Both the position numbers and the translations under genes were made by a program. Source: Eledone cirrhosa (Eukaryota). Taken from it: DNA of 64,000 bases. The stretch spans positions 222,642,001-222,706,000 of the forward strand of contig OZ024743.1 in the NCBI GenBank assembly GCA_964016885.1. The letters are read 5' to 3'. This document shows positions 13,029 through 26,016 of the stretch, in pieces; the first letter of the stretch is position 1; every line of letters begins with the position of its first letter. The notes under the pieces are model-generated. The model was not told the origin of the DNA. It made no database searches and was given only the letters and a program-made list of their open reading frames with translations.

Positions 13029-14214
13029 ATAGCTTCTCCTATTTTCGAAAGTTTATCCTTTCAAAGTTTCTGTTTATTTCTCTTATGGATATAAAATTAA
13101 GTTAAATATACGTAGAAAATTTCTATACTAAATCTATTAAACGTACTATTATTTTGAAATTATAACTTAAAATATTCTATAATATTTTAAAATTATATTG
13201 TTTTTAAAGCTTATAATTATATTTCCAAATCGTAATATAATTCTTTTGTATGTTATGTACTCAATTATACTATGTACTGTATTTATATATACTTCTATCT
13301 ATATGTGTGTATATATGTATATGTGTGTATTGACATACATGTACATATGTTTTATACGTGTATGTCTATCTGTATGTATATATATATATACGTGATGTGT
13401 ATCTACCTATTTGTTGAGGGTACATATATGTATGTATATGTGGGAATGGTGTATGTACATGTGCGTGTATATCCATACAATTCGATTGCACTTATGTATA
13501 GTGATTATCCCAAGATTCGTGACAGATAAACATATAATAACAGCCATAAATACATAACAAGTAATCTTATAAAACTTATATAAAAAAATTTTGTTTAATA
13601 ACATAAAGTGTGTATAACATAATTTCCTATATCTTAAATTAAATTAAAGAATCCTTTATGTTTTGTGTGTATATATTATATACGTAGTTAGATATGTATA
13701 TGTATTTTATAAGTGTGTATATATATTTATATGTATGTATTTTGCGTGTGTTATATAATATATAGATCTTTAATAATATATGGATTTCTTAATATATAGA
13801 TCCCAATTTTTAATATATTGATCTCAATATTTAATTGATTAACTAAACATCTAATCATATTTAAACAATGGTTAATTTTCTCATATTATATATGTATATT
13901 CCATTCATGATTATTAACATTTCTAATTTTATTTATTCATTTCATCTCAATTGTTAAGTTAACTCAACAAGATATGACTTAGAGTTTTTCGTTCTCTCTC
14001 CTTTTCTCTGTCTCCTCTCTCTCTATATATTTCTCTCTCTGTTGTTCTGGTCTTTCTCTCTCTTTCCTTCTCTATCTTTCTCTTTCTCCGTAACCCAACC
14101 GCTTATTTTAAAAATAAAAATATCCAATACTAATAATATAATTAAAGCTACAACTCCACTATAATGGTTGCATTCTTTGCATTCAATATTTATTTATAAA
14201 ACTGATCTATATTA

Positions 14215-14279
14215 TATTTTATCTGATGAAAGCACACCATAATTTAACTGGGTGTCCTTGAAATATGTATAATGAAATA
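14215..14279 (+). ncRNA. Hammerhead ribozyme in a PLE pseudo-LTR
   Basis: TATTTTAT-CTGATGA-AAGCACACC..GGTGTCCTT-GAAA-TATGTA-TA^ATGAAATA; 8-bp stem I. Confidence 0.85.
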
Positions 14280-14318
14280 AATATGGTTTTATAAATATAG
14301 TTTCCATTTGTTAATATC

Positions 14319-14420
<102 letters not shown>

Positions 14421-14449
14421 CCCCATCTCTCTCTCTATCTATATATATA

Positions 14450-17400
14450 AGATAAACCCTACAAGTAATCACATTCGCCAAATTCATGGCTGCTTTCACG
14501 GTATAATGTAATGTAATGTACAAATTTTTCTTCCATTTCTCCACTCCATTTCAATTCCTTAGTCCACCCATCCGACAATTCTCTATCATTTTCTTTTCCC
14601 CAAATCCAATCTTTGCCTCGCTACTCGTTACTCTGTCGTATTTTCCAAAACAAATCTTGTATTTTTGTTAATGCTTGTTAAATTATGCCCAAATACGAGG
14701 ATCTTATTTAAACCTTACCTTCTCGCTAACAACTCAACATCCCTCCAGCCCGCCCCCACGCACAACCACCATTATTATTACGTGGACCAATCATAAGTCA
14801 GAGGCCTATACTATCGCTTACCTGGTTGCCTTTCGATATGATGGATGGACTACGGAATTCTGGAGAGTTGAAGAGAGAGAAATCTGGATGCTCAGCGACA
14901 ATGCCAAAGATAAAGACAAATTCACCTCGTGGACGAGAATGCGAGCACCCCTCTTTGTTTCGGCCGCGGATGGCTAACATAACCCCATCCCCCGCGCCCC
15001 ACCGCTCCCACCCTCCAAACGCAATCCCAAACTTCAGTTGGTACCATGAATGTAGGCACCTTAAAGGGTCGCTCTAACGAGGTTGTAGAAATGCTTGAAC
15101 GTAAGGAGGTCGATGTTTGTTGTATTCAAGAGACCAGGTGGAGGGGTGGGTCTGCTAGATTCATTGTGGGTAAAAAACGATGCGATAAGCTTTTCTGGGT
15201 GGGAAATGACAATGGGCTGGGTGGAGTAGGAATCATGGTAGCAGAAAAGTGGGCAGATAAGATAATAGACGTAAACGACAGAATAATTAAAATAAGACTT
15301 GTCCTCAATAGAACTACGGTGACAGTAATATCTGCGTACGCACCCCAATCCGGACTGCCCGGCACTATAAAAGACAGATTCTATGAGACACTGATGCTCA
15401 CTACCTCCCAAATAACCGACAGTGACTATATAATTATTGCAGGCGACCTAAATGGTCACGTTGGACAACATTGTGACGGCTACGACGAAATCCATGGAGG
15501 CTATGGGTTTGGTACTAGAAATGAGGAAGGCTCCAGAATCCTGGAATTCTGTGACGCAAATAACCTAACTATCTGTAACACTAACTTCAAAAAACGAGAC
15601 AATCACCTGATCACCTATAGATCGGGGGAACACACAAGCCAGGTAGATTATATCCTTACCAGAAGACGTGACAGAGTGTCTGTTGTAAACACTAAATCCC
15701 TCCCCCATGAAGAATGCACCTCCCAACATAGACTGATAATCAGCGACCTAATAGTCAGGACGAGACGTACTAGACAGCAGAAGAGGACTATCCTCAGGAG
15801 AAAAATATGGAAGCTAAAGGACCCCACAGCCAGAAATAAATTTAAAAGCATACTACTTGATGCTTTCGACAGTAAGGAAGAGCAATTAGAGTCGTACAAT
15901 ATAGAGGAACAGTGAGAATTCCTGAAAGCAAACCTGCTGATGGCGGCAGACGAAGTCTGTGGCTGGAGCAGGCCTGTAGGCAGGAGGAGAGTAACATGGT
16001 GGTGGAACAGTAAGGTGGAGGGGTCAATTAAGGCCAAAAAGCAGGCTTGGAAAGTATGGCGGGATGGGGGAAGTAGAGAAGACTATCAAGTGGCCAGGAG
16101 GGAAGCTAGGAGACAAGTGTACTTCGCAAGAAGGGAAGCAGAGGAAAGAAAGTTCAAGCATGTTCTACAACGCGAGGACCAAAAACGTGAGGTGTTCAGG
16201 ATTGCTAGGCAATGTGTCAAGGAAAACCGTGATATTGTCGGGGAAAAGTGTGTACTTAATGATGACGGCGTACTTGCCATCACCGACGCTAAGAAGGTAG
16301 CTTGGAAGTGTCACTACGAAAGGATACTAAATGAGGAGAATAAATGGGAGAAAGACAGTCTCCCCCACATCGACCCAATAGAGGGATCAGCAGTGTTAGT
16401 CGAGGGTAGTATAATAAGTAAGGCAATCAAAGATATGAAGACGGGTAAGGCGGCTGGGCCTTCGGAAATAGTTGCTGAGATGCTGAAGGCATCTGGAACG
16501 GTGGGACACACCATGGTCACCCGAATAGTAAACCAAGTCGTACAGAATGGGGTTGTTCCGAAGGACTGGCGTAGCAGCATCATCATTAACTGTTATAAGG
16601 GTAAAGGAGATGCCCTAGATAGGAGTAACTATAGAGGCATTAAATTAATCGACCAGGTCATGAAGGTCACGGAAAAAGTAATAGCGCAACTAATCAGAGA
16701 GAGAATTGATCTAGATGAAATGCAGTTCGAGTTTGTGTCAGGCAAAAGTACTACAGACGCTCTTTTCATTGTACGACAACTACAGGAGAAGTACCTAGCT
16801 AAAAGTAAACCCCTATACTTAGCTTTTGTCGACTTGGAGAAAGCCTTCGACAGAGTCCCCCGTTCCATTATCTGGTGGGCTCTTAGAAAACTAGGTGTTG
16901 ACGAATGGCTTGTGAGAGCTATACAAGCCATGTATAAAGAAACAGTCAGCAAGGTTAGAATTAACAACGAATATAGTGAAGAGTTTAGCGTAAAAGTTGG
17001 TGTCCATCAGGGCTCTGTTCTTAGCCCCCTACTATTTATTATTGCCCTTCAGGCTATAACAGATGAGTTCAAGACCGGCTGCCCATGGGAACTCCTATAC
17101 GCAGATGATCTAACGCTCATAGCTGAATCAATGGCCGAGCTAGAGAAGAAATTCCAAACATGGAAGCATGGCCTAGAATCAAAAGGCATTAAAATTAACC
17201 TGGCTAAGACTAAAGTTCTAGTTTGTAAGAAAGAAAATAAGGCGGCGGTCCCTTCCGGGAAGTGGCCATGCTCAGTGTGTAGGAAACGCGAAGGTAGAAA
17301 CTCCATTTTATGTCCCAAATGCAAAGTATGGGTGCATAAAAGATGTAGTGGGATCACAGGTAAGCTAACTAAGAACATAGATTTTACATGTGGCCGGTGC

Positions 17401-18438
17401 TCTGGTGCAATAAGTAGCAGCAAGTCCCACAAAATACTAGCTCTTTCAATTGCGCAGAGGGTCCTATAGAAATAGTGGACAGCTTCCGTTACCTGGGTGA
17501 CAAAATCAGCAGTGGGGGAGGGTGCTCTGAAAGTACAGTAGCTAGAGTCAGAACTGGATGGAAAAAGTTCAGAGAGCTTATACCACTATTAGCCGCTAAA
17601 GGGTTCTCCCTAAAAATGAAAGGCAGGTTGTATGATGCCTGCGTACGAACAGCAATGTTGCATGGCAGTGAGACCTGGGCATTGTGTGCAGAGGATATAC
17701 GCAGACTAGAGAGAAACGAAGCTTGCATGCTCCGCTGAATGTGTAATAGTAATATACGTGAACGGCAAAGCATAAACGAACTAAGGAAAAAATTAGAAAT
17801 AAGAGGGATCAGATGTTGTTTACTCGAGAGAAGGCTACGTTGGTATGGTCACGTGATGCGCATGAAAGACGACAGCTGTATAACAAAGTGCAGGGCAATA
17901 AAGATAGACGGTAGCCACGGAGTAGGCAGACCCAGAAAAACCTGGGACGAGCTGATAAATTCCGACCTCACACACTTACACCTCTCCAAGACAATGTCAC
18001 TGGACCGAGACCTTTGGCAGTACTCAGTAATAGAGAAGACCCGCCTTACCTAAATACAAAGTAAACCCTACTACAGTCAGTAGGCATCTCTAACAAAATA
18101 CACCCCCGTCCCACCACCCCCACCCCATCCACACCGCCCCTGTCAATGTAAAGTTATGTTGGTGCCACAACATCCAGGCCGAAACAAATGAGATCATGTA
18201 GGTGTCACGACAAAAAAACACACAGTCCACGCTGTAATGTGGCCGTGTAGGCAACACGGTAAAAACCTCCCAGCCCCACACTGTAAATGTGGTTGGTGTT
18301 AGGAAGGGCATCCAGTTGTAGAAAACCCGCCAGACAGTGCTATACGAGCAATGACAACCACTCTTGCCTCAAGTGGGAAAACTCCCGTCCAAACCCATGC
18401 AAGCGTGGAACATGGACGTTAAACGATGATGATGATGA

Positions 18439-18441
<3 letters not shown>
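14450..18441 (+). mobile_element. Near-full-length RTE-clade LINE (5' boundary uncertain)
   Basis: APE-RT ORF, 3' UTR and (GAT)n tail. Confidence 0.9.
15046..18053 (+). pseudogene. RTE ORF (APE + RT + PHD-like Cys/His finger) with two stops and a frameshift
   Basis: NVGTL, IQET, SAYAPQ, GDLN, QVDY, SQH; FVDLEKAFD, QGSVLSP, LYADD; CSVC..CPKC..HKRC..CGRC; FRYLG; RLRWYGHV. Confidence 0.93.
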
Positions 18442-18524
<83 letters not shown>

Positions 18525-18527
<3 letters not shown>

Positions 18528-18964
18528 TTTATATGGTTCGTTAATTATTCAACGAATTCAATTTTACAATTGATTAGAAGCGCTCGACAAGAATTTATCT
18601 GGAGTATCTATAATATTATTCAAAATATTAATAAATGAGAAATATTATCATAACCAAAGTATATAGTTTATTATACATATTCCAAAGGTAAAATGGTGTT
18701 TCAGTACGTTTTCATCAGATAAAATATATAAGAGATTGGTTATACGACATACCCCCTAAATTCTTGAACCTTCAATCCCTGTACTACCACTACAGGGATT
18801 GAAGGTTCAAGACATTAGGGGTATGTCGTATAACCAATCTCTTATATATTTTATCTGATGAAAACGTACTGAAACACCATTTTACCTTTGGAATATGTAT
18901 AATAAACTATATACTTTGGTTATGATAATATTTCTCATTTATTAATATTTTGAATAATATTATA
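18525..18964. mobile_element. Near-perfect ~355-bp palindrome (18609-18964) of a PLE 3' end, with an HHR on each arm
   Basis: Centre at ~18786. Plus arm 18850-18906: TTTAT-CTGATGA..GGAA-TATGTA-TA^ATAAA, similar to the 14215 HHR. Left arm has an extension (18525-18608). Confidence 0.8.
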
Positions 18965-19144
18965 TATATTGGCAGTATCAGTAGAGGGTCGGACGCCATG
19001 CTTTATGGTCTGAGTTCAAATCCCGTCGAGGTTAACTTTATCTTTCATCCTTACGGGGTCGATAAAATAAAGTACCACTGGGATAATTGCTGGCCTTGTG
19101 CCAAAACGTAGAAACAATTATATATATATATATATATATATATA

Positions 19145-19365
19145 CAGCGGCGGACTAGGTCTAAAAATATTGGTGAAATATAAGATGAAGAGGGTCCATA
19201 TAGAATGGTATCATTTAATTTTTATAATGAATAAATAACATTTTCAAAAAATACATAAGTGGGGACAAAACAGTGCAATCCAATTTATGCGGAAAAATAT
19301 CTTACCTTCTCCAATGATAAATATGTATTTTGCGAAATCCAGAGACTTTCAATAACGACCTTTGG
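19145..19365 (+). mobile_element. Second, internal left end of the hAT family
   Basis: CAGCGGCGGACTAGGTCTAAAAATATTGG... is homologous to 10717-10937. Confidence 0.8.
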
Positions 19366-19380
19366 TCTTTCACACTCACT

Positions 19381-19448
<68 letters not shown>

Positions 19449-19742
19449 TTCAAGAGTAACCAATCTTAAAGAGAGAGATGGAGATAGGAGAGGAGAGATT
19501 GGTGAATTAGTTAGAAGCCAAAGCGTAAAGGCATGTGCTCAATGTGCAATATGCAGTGGAAAGCAGCTAGATGGCTGGGTTCATGCAGACGTTAGGCGCG
19601 CAGAGCTGGAAATATTCATTAGTTAAGCAAAACAAGACCACAAATTTCACAAGGAAGACATTATTAAAAGATTGTCAACATATTTTAGTTTGATGTAAGG
19701 AATGTAGAGAATAATAATAATAATATTAATAATAATAATGTC

Positions 19743-19863
19743 AGTTTACAATTGTTTCGCTACTCCATATAATATTTCTGGAACAAATGACTATATATCA
19801 TTATTGATCTGGTTCAGTTGAAAATAATTAACATATTTAAAGACAGAGCGGCTCATCGGAACT
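19743..19863 (-). ncRNA. Hammerhead ribozyme with expanded stem II (mirror copy at 20988-21108 +)
   Basis: AGTT-CCGATGA-GCCGCTCT..~80 nt..GGAGTAGC-GAAA-CAATTG-TA^AACT. Confidence 0.7.
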
Positions 19864-20188
19864 TCAAAGGAATATAAATTAAAATAAGGAAAGAATGTTA
19901 CATAATGTAATGTTCCATATATTGGTATTTCACTATGGTGTCCTGGGTGTATAAATTGTCTGCCATAATCAAGCAGTATTCATCTGTCGAGGCTGCATTG
20001 TGAGAGATCTGCCTATGGGTAACAAGATGGCCGCCAATGGACATATTTACCTTACTAATTAGAGGGTGGTTTCAGGGGAAGTAACTCCTCGAGAGATTAG
20101 AAATTGTGGGTAGTTTATAGTTAAGTGCTAATTTTTTAATTTTTTAATTGAGAGACAATGTAGGGGAGGTAACTTATAATTATCTAAG

Positions 20189-20939
20189 TTAGTTATAATT
20201 ATTTAACTTATTAGTTACAAGTAAAAATGGGGCTAGATGACTATGTTGGTCAAATATTCTGTTGACGAAAGAATTAGCCCTTCGATGTTGACAGTTAATA
20301 GTTATCTCCGTTCTATCGTTAATCGGGAGAGGTCGTGATAGAGTTATGTAATATGCTTCGGTAATACAGAGATCACAAGATTTTTTTCGCCCATTGAACG
20401 GTTGGGCCCTAGCTAAGATATCCCATGTTAGTGAGTGTTCAATGTTGGTTAATTTAAGGTTTTTAATGAGCCTAGCTAGAGATGTCGAACATCTGTTGTT
20501 AGGGTCTCGGAAGGAAAAAGAGTGCGTGTTATAGCGTACCTTAAAAGGGATAGAGGTAGACCCGATATAGGAGCTGGTATTCGAGGCAGTTTTAACCGTG
20601 CACCTATAGACTATGTTGGGTGTCAGGCAGTGTCTATTTAGTGGGCATGCATTAGGGTAAAGGCAGTTGCAGTTGCTTCTGCGGTTAGTGAGAGTAGGGT
20701 AGTTTGACCTAAGCGGTTGGTCAGTGTTAGAAGGATTAGATGGGGGAGGTGTGCTACTAGAGTAAGTATTGGTATAGTGGCGTGGTGTATTTGATAGGGG
20801 TGGTGGTACCGCGGTCTGGGAGTTATACTGTCTTAGTTTATGATGGTTACTGAATGCGATGTGGCTAGCTAGGTTAGGTGTTGTGGAGAATGAGATTTTA
20901 ATGTTATTTTTATTAAAGAGTTTGTAATATCTATGGGTG
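20189..20939 (-). pseudogene. PLE GIY-YIG endonuclease ORF fragment (open frame, no ATG)
   Basis: THRYYKLFNKNNIKISFS..CNCLYPNACPLNRHCLTPNIVYRC..YIGSTS..KVRYNTH..CDLCITE..CQHRR. Confidence 0.88.
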
Positions 20940-21552
20940 GGGGGGGGGGGTTTAATTTAATGCTTATTTTAATTTATATTCCTTTGAACTTCCGATGAGC
21001 CGCTCTGTCTTTAAATATGTTAATTATTTTCAACTGAACCAGATCAATAATGATATATAGTCATTTGATCCAGAAATATTATATGGAGTAGCGAAACAAT
21101 TGTAAACGGACATTATTATTATTAATATTAAGTACCAGTAATGCACTGGGTATTTGCTGGCCTTGTTCCTAACGTAGAAACAATTATTATTATTAATATT
21201 ATTATTATATTCTCTACATTCCTTACATCAAACTAAAATATGTTGACAATCTTTTAATAATGTCTTCCTTGTGAAATTTGTGGTCTTGTTTTGCTTAACT
21301 AATGAATATATATATATATATTTTACACGACTATATCCCGTACTCTACATCCCACTAGGATAAATTACAGATCTACATAATACAATTAACGTTTCTTCAT
21401 AAAAGACTATTTAATTAAACCCCGCAACCCAAAACCTCATAGAAGTTATTTGAATGTTTAATCTTCAATTTTCTGTTTGTTCAATTCTCAATCCTCTTAC
21501 TCCTTAGTTTTATAATGTTATTCTGAATTCTTTCAACTTCATCCGATAGAGT

Positions 21553-22570
21553 TAAGCAAAATTCTAAAGTTCCAACTTTCTGTCGGACCGTTGGGTGGGT
21601 TTTAGCGGCGGCGCGACCAGTTCCCTGGCGAACGGGCTCACCTGGAGTGCTTGGAAAAATAAATTTCCCCTTCTTTCGGTAAATGAAAATACTCGGCGTG
21701 GCTTAATTCGCCATGGGGCCCGGGGCGCGGCCGGTGTTTTAACCGCCAAATAGTACCTTTAAATTACAGAACAAATCGGAACTATTAGATATATCAACCT
21801 GAAACTGTTGAGCTTTAAATTTTCTAACCTCTTTAATATGGAATATTGATTATTAATTTATTAATTTTTTAACTTCATCCTATAAGTCTAAACATTGTAA
21901 CACACTGACCCCCAATATATTCACCTCTGCTATGATGCGAGTCCCTGTGAAAATTTTGTCGCGCCACTCCTGGCCCGACTGTGGTGTGACATTAATATCG
22001 ACCTTCCTTCCTCTCTCTTTCTATCTTCCTTCTTGTAGCTATCAACCATTACTCTTTTACTTCTCTAAGCAAAATTTTAAAGTTCCAACTTTCTGTCGGA
22101 CTGTTGGGTGGGTTTTAATGGCGGCGCGACCAGCTCCCTGGCGAACGAGCTCACCTGGAGTGCTTGGAAAAATAAATTTCCCCTTCTTTCAGTAAATGAA
22201 AATACTCGGCGTGGCTTAATTCGCCATGGGGCCCGGGGCGCGGCCGGTGTTTTAACCGCCAAATAGTACCTTTAAATTACAGAACAAATCGGAACTATTA
22301 TATAATTAAATGTTAAACTGTTGAACTTTAAATTTTCTAACCTCTTTAATATTGAATATTGATTATTAATTTTTTTAACTTCATCCTAGAAGTCTAAACA
22401 CTGTAAAACACTGACTCCCAATATATTCACCTCTGCTAAGATGCGGGTCCCTGTGAAAATTTTCTCGCACCACTCCTGGCTTGACTGGGGTCTGACATTA
22501 ATATCGACCTTTCTTCCTCTTTCTTTCTATCTTCCTTCTTGTAGCCATCAACCCTTACTTTTCTACTTCT
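21553..22570 (+). repeat. Tandem duplication (~513-bp unit x2) in a putative PLE 3' region (21320-23075)
   Basis: 21553-22065 is similar to 22066-22570; each unit has a GC-rich fold-back. Confidence 0.9.
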
Positions 22571-22959
22571 CTCTTCCCTTCCTTCTCTTCTCCCCTCCTC
22601 CTGTCTTCCTCCCGCAGACTTATCTTCCTTCCCCCTCTTGCTTGCCTATATCTGACCAGTAGTAGTTGCCTTCCTCTTTTAGCTGACATTAACCCTGGCT
22701 TCTCTCCTTCTTTCTTCCCCCTTCTTCTCTCTCCTTCCTTTCTTTCTTTCTTTTACCTTGTGTCATGGGATCGACGTTAACTTATGCTCCCATCCCTTTC
22801 TGTTTTCGTTCATCTGACCGGTAGTAGCATACTATAAAATTTAGCCACGTCACTCCAGGGCGACCGGCTGAGGTTGAAGGAACAGAATAGCGGTCGCCCT
22901 CGGGTCTCGATTTTCAGCCCCATGGATTTTACCTATTACATTCACGTATTATATTTCGA

Positions 22960-23017
22960 ATACCTGATGATATCACCGGATTCATACGGAACCCGGTCAT
23001 TGAAATGATCATAGTAT
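22960..23017 (+). ncRNA. Hammerhead ribozyme
   Basis: ATAC-CTGATGA-TATCACCGG..CCGGTCATT-GAAA-TGATCA-TA^GTAT; followed by AATAAA and (TA)n. Confidence 0.8.
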
Positions 23018-23067
23018 AATAAACCTTTCAAGGATTTACACAAATCCAGCCTCCTGTCATTTCATTA

Positions 23068-23127
<60 letters not shown>

Positions 23128-23131
<4 letters not shown>

Positions 23132-23565
23132 AAAGAATAGAGGTGTAACACACAAGTTATTATATATTGGTAAACGGAATAGAAAATGCTGACAAATTGT
23201 TCACAGTTGAAAAATGGTTTAATTAGGAATAAAAGAGTATTAGTGATTGTATGGGTTAGTATTCAGTTGTGGTTTTAAGTTTTTAAGATTTTACCGGTTG
23301 CGCATTTCTAAATGCTTTTCAAAAATAATTTTGAGATAGAGTGTCCGTGCTGTTTGCTCTGATCAGAGCAAACAGCACGGACACTCTATCTCAAAATTAT
23401 TTTTGAAAAGCATTTAGAAATGCGCAACCGGTAAAATCTTAAAAACTTAAAACCACAACTGAATACTAACCCATACAATCACTAATACTCTTTTATTCCT
23501 AATTAAACCATTTTTCAACTGTGAACAATTTGTCAGCATTTTCTATTTCGTTTACCAATATATAT
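23128..23565. mobile_element. Spacer-less ~400-bp palindrome of a PLE-type 3' end, with an HHR-like motif on each arm
   Basis: Centre at 23362/23363 (CTGA|TCAG). 23399-23437: ATTT-TTGAAAA-GCATT(TAGA)AATGC-GCAA-CCGG-TA^AAAT. Confidence 0.8.
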
Positions 23566-23585
23566 ATATATATATACACACACAC

Positions 23586-23709
<124 letters not shown>

Positions 23710-23873
23710 GGTGAATCCATACGTACATATATATATGTGTGCATGCATGTATATGTATATATACATACTACTGTACGTCTGTATACATATAAGTATGTAC
23801 GTGTACATACTTATATTTAAGTAACAGCCGTACTAAGAGTGGGAAATGAAATTTCGTTTCATTTTTTCCGTTT

Positions 23874-23906
<33 letters not shown>

Positions 23907-23945
23907 CAGATGTGAGAAAAACCACAGACCCTCCATCTCAACTCA

Positions 23946-23983
23946 TCTTTTGAAAAGCAGAAGAACTGCGAAACCGGTAAAGG
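23946..23983 (+). ncRNA. Minimal hammerhead ribozyme, U3-A8 core
   Basis: TCTT-TTGAAAA-GCAG(AAGAA)CTGC-GAAA-CCGG-TA^AAGG. Confidence 0.75.
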
Positions 23984-24118
23984 AACCAAATAAATATATA
24001 TATATATTTTTTTTTTAAATAAGACTCCAGTTGCATTTTCGATTTCATCTCTTTTTCTTTATACTTTCACTCGTGTAGCACACCTCGGTTATTTTTCATT
24101 TTGTAAAAAAAACCTCCC

Positions 24119-24173
<55 letters not shown>

Positions 24174-24318
24174 TGTGTGTGTGTGTGTGTATTTATTTAT
24201 CTATATATATATATATACACACACACACCACCTTCACCACTAATTGCCACTAATTGATTTGATAGATGTCTTTAACCCATTGATACCAAATATTATTTAG
24301 TCAGTAGTTCATGTGTAA

Positions 24319-24372
<54 letters not shown>

Positions 24373-24467
24373 GTTTAAATAGCTTGACAAATTGAAAATT
24401 GCGGTAGGCAAAACCCAACCATACAATACAAAAGCAACGAAAGAACTAATCAGGTTAAAACAACAGA

Positions 24468-24594
24468 CCTGGACAGATCGGACGATATTCGGCAATACGT
24501 CCGATATGTTTCTATGAATCCGAAATCATCTATCCAACTTACGTAACACGTAAGCTTGTGGTATTCCATGATCTAACAGGGGATTCATTTCATA
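24468..24594 (-). ncRNA. 5'-truncated hammerhead with long stems II and III
   Basis: (CTG)ATGA-A-ATGAATCC..GGATTCAT-A-GAAA-CATATCGGACG..CGTCCGATCTG-TC^. Confidence 0.6.
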
Positions 24595-26016
24595 TGTGTG
24601 TGTGTGTGTCTATATATGTATGTTTGCATGCATGAATGAATCCACCAAGCTTTAGATTTAGTAGAATGTACAACCAGTGATTCCAGTTATTTGCACTATC
24701 ATATATTTTGGTTTCTAGTAATTCCCTGGGGAATTGGTTGACCAAATGCTTTGCTTAATTGTTTTATTTATTTATTTTTTTATTTATTCTTTCTCTCAAA
24801 CTGCAGGTATTTTTTGAAAGCAAAGCATTAGCCCCTAAAATACTGCAATGCCGCTGTGGGCTCTTGCAATGCTTCCGTGGGCCTCCTGGGTCCCACTTGC
24901 AATTGGGCAACCTGGCAACTTGGCCAGTCCGCCACTGACGACAGATATGCGTGGGAGGCCGGCATATTTCTTTCAAAGTCAGATGTCACCAGCTTATGTC
25001 AGTACTAAGTAACAATCACTGTATATAATTCCATACGGCATCAATACATACTTGATGTTATTCCTAATAATTGTGAGGAATTGTGTTATTTTGCAATAAG
25101 AGCGGTGGACTTGACAGTATCTGTAGAGCGTCAGTCATCATGCTTTGTGGCATAGACTTATGGCCCTTTGCGTTTTGAGTTCAAATTCCGCCTTTCAGCT
25201 TTGCCTTTCATCCTTACGGGTTCGATAAAATAAAGTACCAGTAATGCACTGGACTCGATTTAATCGACTTCACCCTTTCAATTCAAATTACTGACATTGT
25301 CCCTAAGTTGAAAGTTATTTTGCAATATTTGATAATCTAGAAAATCATTAGAAAATTGTTCTACTCCACTTGCTGAAGTTGATAACTAAAACATGTAAAA
25401 AGACCTACCAACCCCTAACAGTCCAAACGGGAATTACCATGAAAAAAGTGCCCCAAAACGGGGAGAAATGAGGCAAAATGGAGAGATTTTACATAATGAA
25501 AGCTATACCCATTTTCACAAGAGAAGACATCTCTCACCCATCCCAAAGTCGGTGGGATATGTCCCCGTCGGACGGGGAGAGTTGACAGATCTGATACTGT
25601 ATTTATCAAAAAATATTAAGGTAAATTTATAGGACACTCCACTCGATTTGCTCGATTTTTTCGTGTTATCAACTTATCTAACCTCCAAGGTTCTGGCGAT
25701 CGACATTTTCTTCGAAGAACGGAGAGGGTGGGATAGTTCCCTCCTCCTCGGAGTCTTCTCTACAATTTTTTGTTCTCGTGTTATCAATTAATATGAGCTC
25801 GAAACCAGCCAGAAACGACTAGATTTGTGGAAAAAGTAAGAGCGAAAAGACGATCAGAGTTTCGCAGATCTACACATCTCGCGTTTGGTGGGAAATAATT
25901 ATTTTTCTTTGTTTTTTTTATGGGGTTTTTTTTCTAGACCTTTAGATGCTTGCAATCGACTTTTTCTCGGAAAACGGAAACCCTAACCCTAAACCTCACC
26001 CTAAAACTAACCCTAA

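Larger units (their letters stand above)
19446..21309 (-). mobile_element. 5'-truncated PLE with inverted pseudo-LTR copies
   Basis: Inverted arms 19611-19888 and 20963-21309 flank the GIY-YIG ORF. A SINE fragment (21131-21185) is inserted in the right arm with TSD ATTATTATTAATATTA. Confidence 0.85.

Noticed and set aside
14915-14985. HDV-like ribozyme in the RTE 5' region (CCTCGT..GGCTAA)
   Set aside because: P1 and P2 helices could not be formed.
25981-26016. Telomere-like CCCTAA repeats next to an RTE fragment
   Set aside because: Only about two perfect units; too short to call an interstitial telomere or telomere targeting.
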